Origin: Paragordius varius
Taxonomy: Eukaryota > Animalia > Nematomorpha
Direction: 5' to 3'
Length of the DNA stretch: 64,000 nucleotides
Assembly: GCA_964247055.1 (NCBI GenBank)
Contig: OZ176053.1
Location: 4,588,001 to 4,652,000, forward strand
The notes beneath the pieces are model-generated. The model made no database searches. It was not told the origin of the DNA and worked only from the letters and a program-made list of their open reading frames with translations. Shown piece by piece: positions 40,186 through 52,802 of this stretch. Each line of letters starts with the position of its first letter. The first letter of the stretch is position 1. The position numbers were made by a program, and so were the translations under genes.

Positions 40186-43100
40186 TTAATCTAGGGGTGG
40201 TGGACGTTCAGGCACTAAAGAAGTGACAAAAGTCATAAAAATATATAGGACAGTTTTTGTTCCTGACCAAAATGCCGTCAATTTCTGATTCAGACATTGG
40301 ACTAGAGCAGTTTGTTGGGGGTGTGGTTGTACAAATTCGTTTTGCGTGTTTGTATTAGCATTATCATTAGTACCGGTTTTTGTGGATGTGATCTAATGAT
40401 ATTTCATAGCAAGACAAATATATACACTATGGTAGTATTTGTAATGGAATAAAAATAAATTATGTTAAGATAGGGGAGGGATTATTAGCAAATAATTTAT
40501 AGTAGAAAAACATACAAAAATTTAAACATGTTTTAACTTTGTAAATCTATATATATAGTCACACAAGCTAGTGTAATTATTTAAAAATATGATAAATCAT
40601 TAAAACTAAATCTGTTTTTAAACTAAAAATTTATTGGCGATATACCTTAACACGTTGACGGACAGTAGGAACAAGCGAAGTTCGAAAATTGACACTATAT
40701 GTTTTTGTGATTTTTAGAATGTTAGAAGTATAGTTTTACTCTTTCTGCTTAAATAAACTTAATTTTGATTAATTTAGTACCTTTATTTAAAGTATAAAAT
40801 GAATAATAAACAAATACATACCAGTATAGTTATATAAATAATAATAAATATCGTTAAACGTATCAATAAGAACTATAAATTCAATAGAAAACACGATCGC
40901 ACTACTCCCTTCACAACCACGTGCATACTAAATCTGCAACTCGTATAACAGGTGAAATATGAACTTCAACCTAAAAAGATGTTTTCAAAACACGACACTA
41001 TGCTTCTACGTATACGCCAGTAAGTGCACATTTGTGCTGCTATAGCCGTAGTGTCTAAAAACGACCGTTTCGTTTTGGACGGCTATAGCAGTCATGCCAC
41101 ATTGTGAACTTCGCTTTGACGGCTATAGCCGCAATTGTCCGTCAACGTGTTAAAAAAATAAAAGTATTTATGGTCTTTCGTATCAAAAACTTATTTAAAT
41201 TTTTTATATTCATGATGTTGAGTAAGGTTTAATAACCGGCTTACCAGGTACAAAATACAGTCCACGGTTATAACTAGTCAATTAATACCATGATACAAAT
41301 TATATTGTGTTTAATAAAAGAAAAATTTTGGCTATTTTTTCACGGTTAATTATATCTAATATTAAATTTTATACCATTATTTATATTATTTGATACAAAA
41401 ACATCAACTAACATGTGCTCAAAATCATTTAACTAGCTCTTTTAAAACAACCAATCAATGACCGATTTAAAACAAACTCAAGCATCGAGATTATTAAGAT
41501 ATATTATTACAGTTTGTTCATCATATTGTTGAGAAGTGGAGGGAACATCTGCTGCATTAGTACTTGAAGTGCTTGGTGGATTTTGTTCCATGTTTGGTTC
41601 CTGAGGGGCATTTCGGTTTTCAACATTATTGTTTTGATTATTCCTCAGTGGATTTCCCATTGGTGTGAGCAATAAACCGGCCTGATACCTTTATTCAATA
41701 ATAATATACAATTTAAAGAAAAAAAATCGCATAACAGCCAAATGAGGGCCTTAAATTATTATGCTAAATGTTTAAATTGTGGGATAGATACGAGTATATG
41801 CGTCAACATTTATAAATTTTATTTTTTATTAGGATGAACCACCACATAGATTACTACGTAGATTAATTGTTATTTTTTACAATAGCCTTATTAATGGAAA
41901 ATTTATTTTTTATTTGAAAGTTATTGCTATTACTATGAAACTTATATATTGAATAAAAAGGTATTTGGTTTTGACAGTGTTGTTGTTTTAATTTAAAATT
42001 GACATCCGAATCCAAGTGAAGCAATAAAAGATTTTAATATCAATAATTAACGATAATTGCTGTAAAAAGTAATAAAAGGCATTTTAAATGTAATAAATTT
42101 TATAAACCATAATGTATTAAGATTTGCCACCTTTTTAGCGATTTAACAAAAAATTAAAGTAATTAGGGGTGATCTTATAATTTTAAAATATATTCTTTTT
42201 AAAAATTTCGCATAAAATGCCATGGAATGCATATGTGTAAATTTGGCTCTAGATACTTTATTTATATAAAAAATCTCTTCGTGTTGAAAAGACACTAAAA
42301 AGTATTGAAGTGTTAGATTCTGAGATAATAGGGGTTTTTTTCAAAATTTATGCACATTTAAAAACCCACCTCCTCCAAAAAGGTATAATAAAGTGTTGTT
42401 AATCACATTACATAATATGGTATAAAAAAATATACTTACAAAAATATGAGTGTTGCAATCAGTAACACAATCAGGAATCGATTAACGCTCGAATAAAAGT
42501 ATAGGACTGTGAGGAGAAGGGCAATCCTCATCAATATATATCCATAATCCAACCAATCTATGTTGGGTCTCAAAACAGGCTGTCGGGCACCTTGAGCCGG
42601 AGGAAAATCATTATTGTTTTGATTTGGGTTAATGTTATTATTATTTAATCCATTGACTAAATTGTTAATAAAATTATTATTATTGTTATTCATATTAAGG
42701 TTATTGGGTTGTTGCGTTTGAGAAGAATTAACAATATTTGCATCGGCTGCTTGATTATTATTATTGAATGTATTATTCCTTGTTCCCATAATAGGTGTAG
42801 TCCACATATTATTATAATAATAAAAATTATAAAAATAGGGATTATAAAATGGCAATGGCATAGTTGTCATTTGATTTTGCGCCGCATATGGTGGAGGGCC
42901 AGCATTTTGATATAATGATGATAACTGGTGATAGGATGCACTATATAGCATCACAATATCAGAATATATATAAAAAACAATTTTTTTTATAAAAAAAATT
43001 TTCGGTTCAAAGCTATGAGCATTAGCGTTTACGTCTAAATGAATCAATACCAGAATTAACAGTTTGAAAGAAATCTAATCGTTATTAATAAACTTAAATT

Positions 43101-43949
43101 AATGGACAAATGATCCATCACAGTTTTAATTTAAGATTAACATTCCTAAATTTTTTTATTCTATATAAACTTGGTTAAGTAAGGAAAACTTTTTTATTAT
43201 TGGATAAAATAAATTGATTAAAATTAGAAAATTAAATATAGAGAACGGTTACCATGTAAATTATATGTAAATATATGAAATATTTCATAAATTACCAATA
43301 GGCAGCCCATGCATCATAATACGATCTTTGCCATATTTGATTAAACTCCGGCGAATAAACAGGCGTTGATATTTTTGCACTAAATTATAATCAATAAAAA
43401 TTATTATAAACACAAAACAAAAAAGTAAAATCAAATTTAATACTTAATTTTTTAAAAAGGATAAATTGGGACCAATTTACATACATATATAAAAAATCAA
43501 GATATTTATTGTAATTTTCCATAAATGTTGTAATGACATAATTGTCAATTTTTTTTATCCTTAATTCATAAAAAATAAAAAGAGATAATAATGATAATTT
43601 TAAAATATTATAAAAGACATAAACTTGCTAGTGTCATTTAACTTTTCTTTTCCAAATTTGTCAGCAGAACAAATTATGTAGATAAAATGTTGATCCATGT
43701 CCTATATACATAAGTAAAAATATTACCTCAATAAATAGGTCCTTCAAAATTTGTTCATCCTTAAGCAATCTACCCATGTATATTAACTTTTGTGATAAAA
43801 CTTCCTTAAAATTAAATATAACATACTGGATTATTGTAATATTTTTTAGATATTTGATGTTTCAAAGCAAGTATATCCCAAGAACTATCAACGATAATTT
43901 TGAAATCATCATAAATTGGAGATTTTAGTGTTATTTCTAATTCAGTCAT
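40186..43949 (-). CDS. HERPUD: HERP/HERPUD-like ubiquitin-like domain ER membrane protein, 7 exons, about 415 aa
   Basis: Exons 43949-43827, 43804-43727, 43701-43625, 43379-43296, 42940-42440, 41688-41511, 40392-40186 (1248 nt, in frame). UBL MTELEITLKSP..SWDILALKHQISKKYYNNPEVLSQKLIYMGRLLKDEQILKDLF; DWLDYGYILMRIALLLTVLYFYSSVNRF; C-terminus TFVTSLVPERPP (cf. TFFASLLPEGPP). Confidence 0.9.
40651..41149. mobile_element. piggyBac-like MITE family C (499 bp) in the last HERPUD intron
   Basis: TTAA|CACGTTGACGGACA ... TGTCCGTCAACGTG|TTAA: a perfect 14-bp TIR and TTAA TSD. Confidence 0.9.
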
Positions 43950-44012
43950 TGGCCAATTAAAAAGTTTATCGTAAAGGCCTAACTCGAATATATTATAATA
44001 TGATAAATAACC

Positions 44013-45002
44013 ATGCTGATTGAAGGCAGTAAATTCAATTTTGAAAATTTCAAGTGTACAAAAGTTTTGAAAACAATACCATCGATAAAGCAAATCAATT
44101 TACTTGGTTATTTTAATGATGAAAACAAAAAAGCAATAATCTTAATACGGAAGTATCCCTTTGAAACCGAGGACTCGAAAAAATTTTGTTTTAGCAAAGA
44201 TGTTAGTGATGTTAAAGTTAACGATATATATTCCAGTTTTACCATGTTATTACCCGAAAATTTATCAGGTATATGAATAATATTAGTACAGCTGCTAAAA
44301 TAAATGTGGTATATCCTGCCACTGAAAAACATATTTTAAAATATTCATCATCTATATTTTTTACATTCGTTGAAACCCCCAAAATATATTGCGATTATAC
44401 TTTCCCGTACTTACAATCTAATAAATTTGATTTAAAGGTTTTATTACTGATCCTAATAGTTTAGTGGGTAGATAATATTTTAGATGGATTATCCGAACAA
44501 GAATCAATCATTTTAAAGGACACAAATTTGGGTATTATTTTGCTTCAGGATTTAAGTTGGGACGGAAAAAGTTTGACGAATTTGCATATATTGGGCCTCC
44601 CACTTGCGAAAGGTATAAGTTCAATACGTGACCTTAATGATTCCCATTTGTCATTGTTGGAGGGTTTAGAACTTCAAAAAAATGTAATTTTTAAATGCAC
44701 ATTATATTTAGAATATTGCTAAAAAATATAACATATCAAAAAATTTGATCGAGGCCTATTTTCATTATCCTCCAACCTTTTACCACCTACATATTCATTA
44801 TACTCTTACAACAAATATTATGCCAGAAGATTCTTTATCCGGAAACAATGTTACTGCAGGACGAAACATATATTTAACGGATACCATGCAAAATATAAAA
44901 TTAAAATCGGATTATTATAGAAATATTTATTGCGCTACAATATATTTAAGTGATAATTCAGATCTTTTTCCGATTTTTAATATGGCCTCTGAAGGCGATT
45001 AA
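44013..45002 (+). CDS. DCPS: m7GpppX diphosphatase (scavenger decapping enzyme), 4 exons, 303 aa
   Basis: Exons 44013-44268, 44292-44437, 44465-44683, 44712-45002 (912 nt). Motifs NDIY, VVYPATEKHI, WVDNILD, DLSWDG, ISSIRDL and the HIT motif YFHYPPTFYHLHIH. Confidence 0.95.
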
Positions 45003-45017
45003 TAATGACACTCGTAA

Positions 45018-45356
45018 TTATTCCATATTATCGTGTTCGCGTTTTAATCTATTTGTGTATGTTCTGGAAACAAGATTCCAACTATCCATAAATCGGTCCA
45101 TACACATTGCCATACATTTCTATAATTAAATAAATATTTTGCAAACTTGTTCATAATTATCAAATGTTGCTCCTGGTTTTGTGATACATTTTGGGAAACA
45201 TTTATTAGTCAAATTCTAGCATATTATATATCTATACCAAACTTTTATTAATTCTTGAGCATTTTCTAACGCTATTTGTTGTTTTATCCCTTCTAATAAT
45301 GCTTCTTTTTGGGTGGAGTTTAATGCGTTTGTATCGATATCTCGGGGAAAATCCAT
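45018..45356 (-). CDS. TIMM13: Mitochondrial small Tim chaperone Tim13, 3 exons, 94 aa
   Basis: Exons 45356-45243, 45215-45147, 45119-45018. Twin CX3C motifs (CFPKC, CMAMC); [14 protein letters not shown] and [14 protein letters not shown]. Confidence 0.93.
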
Positions 45357-46771
45357 GCTTTCTAAATGAATGTATAATATACACCTTGATGCTTTTAACT
45401 TCAACTATATTTATAATTTATTTGTGGCCGTTGGCATTTTGGAGTAGTATCCGTAGAGCTTAAAATTGTTACATACTACTGAAAAGTTTTTGGTTAATTT
45501 AGATAAATCTCCTATCATAGAGAAAAAAACATAGATTTTTACAGTTTCTTAACTTATAGGGTCACAAATTTAAATAGCTGCTAAACTCAACCGAGCGAGC
45601 AGTTAACATGGAATTAATTTGCTTGTGAATCGTATTTTGCAACTTTCCAAAGCTCATTAAAATTTTCCACAATCAGACACTGTTTACAAAAAATAAACTG
45701 TTGAAATATATATTATGATAGAATAATGTATATTATTATAGTGCTTTCGGTTCTGGCCCTTATGATTGATTTATCACTTCGTTTCCTCTTTATTTTATGT
45801 TTGGATTTACATTTTGAAGCATTTTATCCCAGAGGATATTGTAGTTAACTACATTTATAGTTATCATAGTTTTAATTTAACTATCAAAAATTGCTCATAT
45901 ATTCGATAAAAAAGCATAACTTTTTACAGTTTTGTGACTTTTAGAGTCTAAAATTTTGACAGCTCTAAAACACGATTCAGACGAACAGGTGATGTTAAAA
46001 TCAAATATATCAAGTTTTGCTTGTAAAATGTAGCCTGGAAAGTACACTTTTTGCCTGTAATGACGATTTTAAAAAATTATGATAAAAAATGGCCGCAAAA
46101 AAGTTGGATATGAGGTTTTTACAATATACATTTTTCCAAAAAAAAATTTGTATAATGCGCCTAAGAGCCTAAAGAAAGTATATCATTAAATTCGGCCTAA
46201 TACCTTTAATACTTTTAAGAATATTCGAATTTGAAATCGCCCGGGGATATAAAAACCTCAAAGAAAGTTAGTCATCAAAAAATGATAAAATTTGCGCATA
46301 TTTTTTAAAAAATTGGTGGAAGCTAGAGGCTTCTTTCTGAAAAATTCCACTAAAAAATATCATAAAAAAGCAAAACAATATTTTCAAAAAAAAATTTTTT
46401 TTATAAGTGGTATCCAAAAATTCCAAATTTTTTGCTATTCCAAAATGGGCTAATCCTCATAACCGCAAAAATGCCGGGATAGCACGATAAAAATATTAAA
46501 TATACAAATTTTGATATAAACTAATAATATTTTGGAAAATTTATACTTTTTTTCAAAAATTTAATTTCTATCAAAATTTTGTTGAAGGTTCCTTCATATT
46601 GAGTCATGATGGAAACGTTTTAAAAACGCTTTAACAAATTATACAAAACTTTTACTATAAAATTCAATGATGATGAATATTTCTATAGCTTTATTATATT
46701 TAAATGTTTTGAAAAATTTCGGCGCCATTTTGTAAAAAACTCAATTTTATGTAATTTTGAATATATTTTAA

Positions 46772-47316
46772 CACTTCGATTCAAATTGGGGTATCTAAAT
46801 ACCCCAGACTAAATTTGAGTTTGGATTTATAAATAACTACTGAAGGAACCGGTTCAAATTTGAATTTATGCTTCTATTCTAATAAAAATTATATAAATAT
46901 TCCAAAATATCTTATTAAAATTTTGTTTTGAAGAAAAAGTTCCGTGTCAAACTACTTCGACGCCGTTTTTATTTTACAAAATTTTTGCAAAATATCGTCT
47001 CATTTAAATTACATCTAACATTGATAGAATTAGGAAGAGCGGTTTATCTTGTATTATTTTTTGATTTTATAATTTCACACATGTCACATTGACGAAATTT
47101 TTACCTTTCGGTTTCACCTTAAAATAAGTAATATCAAGTATTTTTGAATAAAGTTTTTTATATATTTCGGTTTATTGATGTTATATAAGTGCAAAATTTT
47201 GCCATGGTTTCGATTCCTTCCATACTTTTTAAAGTATTTGATTTTAAACAGGCCTGGGGTATCCAACTACCCCAATTTGAATCGAAGGACTAAAAAGAGT
47301 GTGTTGTATCCAAGTG
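46772..47316 (+). mobile_element. piggyBac-like MITE family B (545 bp), inserted into a family E repeat
   Basis: TTAA on both sides; same termini as 32015-32599. Confidence 0.88.
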
Positions 47317-50210
47317 TTAATCAAGTCTGACGTGATATTAGCGCCATAAAATTATATAGAAAAAGTGTTTAATAATGTCTTGCGTTTTTATACCATTTCC
47401 ATCATGCCTCAAAATAGTTTAAAGTACGTTTAAACAATTTTGCTAAAAATTTTTGAAAAATTATCCATTTATTAAAATTATTTTATAATTTTGCATATAA
47501 AATTTTTTTCCGCATTTGTGCAGCCCATTTAGGAAGAGCAAAAAATTTTGGGACTGTCGGATCACAAACTAAAATTTAAATGTTTTAAAAATATTATTTT
47601 GCTTTTTATATGTAGTTTATGATAATTTTTATTTTATGAATGAGCCTCTAGCTGTTACCAAAATCTATTTAAAAAATATAGCAAATTTTGCCATTTTCCG
47701 ATATGAAGCACTCCCAAAAGTTTAAATTATTTCTTAAATCGCTCATAACGGTGCGTACAAGGGGGTATAAAAAAGCTGATGGAATATATATATTGTGATA
47801 AGAAAATGTATCATTGTTATGGTGCTTTTGATTTGGCCCTTACCAGTGGTCGTAAGTGCCTCTTCTTAGAAAATGACAAAATGTGCATTTTTTAAATAAA
47901 TTTTTTCGGTGAAAGCTAAATGCTTTATTCCAAAAAACCACTAAAATATACCATAAACTATTTATAAGCACAGCAATATTTTTAAAAATTAATTTTTAGA
48001 TATGGGCTTTGATAGTCCCAAATTTTTTCGCTCTTCTAAAATGGGGTAGTTCTTTTAAAATAAAATCAAAAAATTTTTTAAATATATGCTAATTTTTGAC
48101 ATAAAAAAATATTTTAAAAATATATACTTTTTTAAAAAATTTAAAGCAAAATTTTGTTAAAGCGTACTTTATACTATTAGGGGTGTCCAACACAAATAGT
48201 TCTTTAAGAGCGATATTCTCGATCTCAAAAATCCGAAGAGCCACATTTGAATTAATATTAAGACATAAGTATTAAAATTGTTTATAAACATGTATAGATT
48301 TATTAATAAAATAACTAGTAAAGTTATTATAATATTGCTAAATTTGCTGTTAAATTGTACTAATATATGTAAAAACAAATTATTTGAGGAAATGCATAGA
48401 TAAAATAAAGTTAATTTTTGAAATGTATATGCCATTGATAAAAGCACAAATATAGAGTATATCATAATGAATTCTATTTGAAATGATAAATTTTTCACAA
48501 AAAACAACTTGAACTTACCCCACTTAAATTCCTGCTGAACTGTGTTTAACATGCAAATTTCAAATATATTTAATATATTAGAAACATATGTATGGGCTAC
48601 CGAGGAATAATTGTATTATTATAAAATCTGACGTCTAATAAAGATCTTAAACAATGAACTGCTTGTTTAAACTAGATTTGACATATTCCTTTTACAATGG
48701 CTCATGTGGTTAGAAATGTAGTTATTTTATATAATCATCTGCTTTAAAGCATAAACATTTTAAAGATCTATTAAATATTGATATCAAATTGGAGATATAA
48801 TTTACAATTAATGTTAACAAAAAATTTTATTCAATTAATTAAATTAATATTTTTCTATATCAGAGTAATAATAGAGAGGATTTGACGGATACAATAAGAT
48901 TATCAAAACTAAATAATTATCAAAAAGTTTACCAATTGTAAATATTTTCGAATACATAATTTATTAATCTAATAATGGGTGCTACATTAAAAATAAGGCT
49001 GTGTTTTCATATGGCTCTTTCAGTAAATAAATAAAAAAACATTTATCTTACGAATGCGTTATTTATAACTCCAATTATTGCTATATTAAAAATGGGACTA
49101 AGGGTTTCAGAAATATGGCCTAAATAATTACCAAAAATAATTTACAAGTGGCAATATTTCTATACATATTCAGATTGTTAAAAAAATAAATGATTTAAGG
49201 AATATGATATGAAATATAATAAAAAATATTATAAATAAAATTTTATGCAAATCAATTCAAAATTTTTACTTTTTAAAAAAATTTTAAACATTTTATACCG
49301 CTACTCAAAAATTAAACTTTTTGCAAAAAAAAATTTTTTTCAATTGTTTTAAAGAGCCACTCAAATTTTCAAAGAGCCATAAGTGGCACCGGAACCACTT
49401 ATTGGACACTCCTGATTTAGAGGCCTTATGGAAACGGTAACGCTCAATATAAAAACACTTTCTCTATATAATTCGATGATGATGAACATTTCTATAGCTC
49501 CAGGATTTTAATTTAAAAATAAAAATTTTCGTGAACATATGCAATGTTATTAGACTTAGTTATGTAGAGAGAAGGGACATATTGAAGCATACAAAGCAAT
49601 GTTATTATTTCTCTCATTTAAGTCAATTATTAATAACACTCATATAAAATATAATTTGTTTGAAATTATATTGACAAAATTAATTATATTACAATACAAC
49701 TTCATCATTCAATATGTGTCAAGTGTGTATATAATTAAATAAATCATTACGCTATATTGCATAAATATTTGACTCAACAGAATGAATTTTAATCTTCCAT
49801 TTTAAGCAACAACGAATTAATATTAATAATTTTAATTTTTCAAATATTAACCTTAACCAAATTTCATACAAGAATAATTTATTTCTAAAAAATATTTAAG
49901 AATGATTGTTGTAAACCTGATCAAAAAATAATTGCCAACATAAAAGATGAGGTCATGTATAAATAATAATTGCGGAGATCTTATTTTTGATTCAGTTTAC
50001 TATTGCATTGAATACTAGATAAGATTAGATAAAACATTGAATAAATCTATACATTTTCTGGTTTTAAACAATTTATAAATTATATGTAGATTTTGAGAAA
50101 AGGATTAAAAATAGTTTTTAAACGACAGGAAATGCGGCATTTTTCTGTGAATAATCTTCAAATTGCATAATTTTTTACCATTTAATAACATATTAATATA
50201 CTTACTTCCA

Positions 50211-52471
50211 ATGGCTAATGATGACAACCTCGATAACATTAATGATAATACTTATAGATCTAATAAAAACAATTCCAGATATTTAAAAAATTTGTTTCCA
50301 TACCATAAAACACAATCATATCTGGTATCGTCTGCTAATAGCTGGAATCTCAATACCCAAATGAAGAATGATGATATTATGAAAGAAAATGTTGAAAGTC
50401 CTCAAAACTCTGGTAATCCATTTAAAAGCATAGGTAGGAGGAAATATCGTCATTCCCTATCATCTCTTCATGCGAGTTTTGTTAACAGAGGCATCCTAAA
50501 TATGGCATTCAATACATCGACAGCAAATGTTAAAACAGCTAACGACCAGTTGTATATTAGTGATTTGGAAATATTACCTCCAAAAATAACATCCATACAA
50601 AGTTTTAAAACTATGTTTTCTGCATCTTCCCCTTCAAACAGCAATATTTCAACCCTGATAGATTGCGAAAACAAAGGTGAAAAAGCAACGACACATAACG
50701 CGACGATAGAAGATAATTATATCAGCAAAAGTTTCAACTCAAAACCAAATAAATCGGATAAAAGGAAAAAGATACATAACAGAAGTCGTCTAAATAATCA
50801 GAACCTACAATTTGGTAATTCAAACCAATCTTTGGCACTTGAGAGAAATGAACCAAATTTATTACTGACTACCGTAGGTCAAACCCTTTACACAGAACTT
50901 AAATGGCGCTTATACAATGTTACATTCACATCTTTCGTTTCTCTTCTCCTGCTATATTTAGGGTTATGCCTATTATTTCATTTTAAAAAATCGTATACCA
51001 CATTTAAAGCTAGTGATCTGAGCATAATACGGAATATGGACGGCAATTATCATGTAATAGATCCGCAAGATGCTATTTTAAAAAATCTAAAAATTAATCA
51101 AAACTTTTCGCAAACCAATCATCATATATCAGCATTTTCAACTACCCTTAATTCCATTGTCCAAAATGAAAAGTTAAACTATGTAAAATTATTTAAAGAA
51201 TCTCTACTATCAAACAGCTATTACGTGCAACTGTTGGATCAAATTAGTTTGTTCCTCACTTTGTTAGCAATAAATATGAATTTAGCATCCTTTTTGGTCG
51301 GGTTCACGTTAGCCTATTTCCTTGTCAAAATGTTACGAATAAGCAGTTTTAAGTATACTTATCACCTCATATTAAAGATTTTATTCTCAGTAACGAGGAG
51401 TAGGCAATATCTGTGTTTTAAATATCTAAAAGGGTATTTAATTTAAATGACAGTTGCCATGTATATTTTTCATTTTAGTTGTTACATATTCATTTAAACA
51501 CCTTTTCTCCATAATTTTCAAAAATGTAAAAAACAAAATATTTTATACATATGACATGTGAATTAAATATCGTTTTATCCATTTAAAATAGAGATTCGAC
51601 CTATAAATGGTGCTCGTTGCTGTAATTATAGTAAATTGTCTAATAGCGTAATGATTTATTAATATTTTTTTTATAATATTTAGCATATCAGGTCACTTGA
51701 GATATAAACGATCGACTACAACAACTTTTAATCTCGTAATTTTGACCGTTTTCTTGTCAGTGATGCTTTATCTAATCGGTAATTATATTTTATCAATGTA
51801 TTTGTTCTCACCTGAATCTTTATTTCAATATAAATTATCTTATATATTTTTATGTTGTGCATCATATCTAGTTATCAGAATATATGTAGGTTTTTTATAA
51901 AATGGGTTTGTTAAGTTATCTCTTGCAATAAAGTTTGTTAGGATTCGATAATTTATTTTAGTAATTTATTATTTATATTAAAATAAAAAAAGACACGTTA
52001 AAATATATTAAAATCAATTAAACTTTTGTGGTGATAAATTTTTTGCGTAGATTAAATTAATGGATTTATATAAAAAAATTTAGAAGTTAATTAACGCGCG
52101 GTGTTATCTGTCAATAAAATAATGAAAAACTAGCACAATGTAAACTTACTCATACATTGGCTTAAAGTTATTTTTTATGCCTTTTCTTCCTATTACATAA
52201 TAATAACCAATTTATAGGTATACTGGTACATTTGTTAACACACTTTGATATGTTGACCCTAACATTATTCTGCATATTCACTGCATTTCTGGTGATAGTT
52301 GTTTTGGTTGCCATCCTACATTCAACCAACGCCTGGTATCGGGCCCTTGAACATACATTTTCTAACCGTAATACGATTGATTGGTATTCTAATAATAAAG
52401 GATTAACCTCGCCCGCTAATAATGAAATGAAACCAAGTCCCCCGCTAAATAATTTGGCATCTTTGGTGTAA
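50211..52471 (+). CDS. Four-TM membrane protein with a long polar N-terminus, resembling TMEM221/Jiraiya; about 496 aa
   Basis: Exons 50211-51352, 51684-51778, 52218-52471 (phase-consistent). Four hydrophobic helices. TM2 ISLFLTLLAINMNLASFLVGFTLAYF and TM4 ..IVVLVAILHS recall Jiraiya-domain proteins. The family call is from recalled similarity only. Confidence 0.55.
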
Positions 52472-52802
52472 ATCTTTTATGACGGAAATACGCTTTTTAT
52501 TATGGGAATAAAATTTATAATTAATAATTATATTCTTATTTATTTGTTCCTCTGTAAAACAAATTTTCTGAATATTATACCAATATAGCATCAAATTCCT
52601 TTAATTCTTATATGGACATATATATAATCGTGATTAAATTAATAAATCGATTCAATAATATTTATGAAGTGTTATTAAAAATTATTGCATAATTTTTAAA
52701 TGATTCATCTAATTTATTCTGGTTATCTCTAAAAAAAATATCTTTAAGTATCACACATATGTCACAAATGAAATCTAAAATATCTTGTTCAAGAATAAAG
52801 TA

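Noticed and set aside
44269-44286. An even shorter 18-nt intron option in DcpS (first AG at 44285-86)
   Set aside because: It puts the downstream exon out of frame. The AG at 44290-91 (23 nt) restores the conserved KINVVYPATEKH frame.
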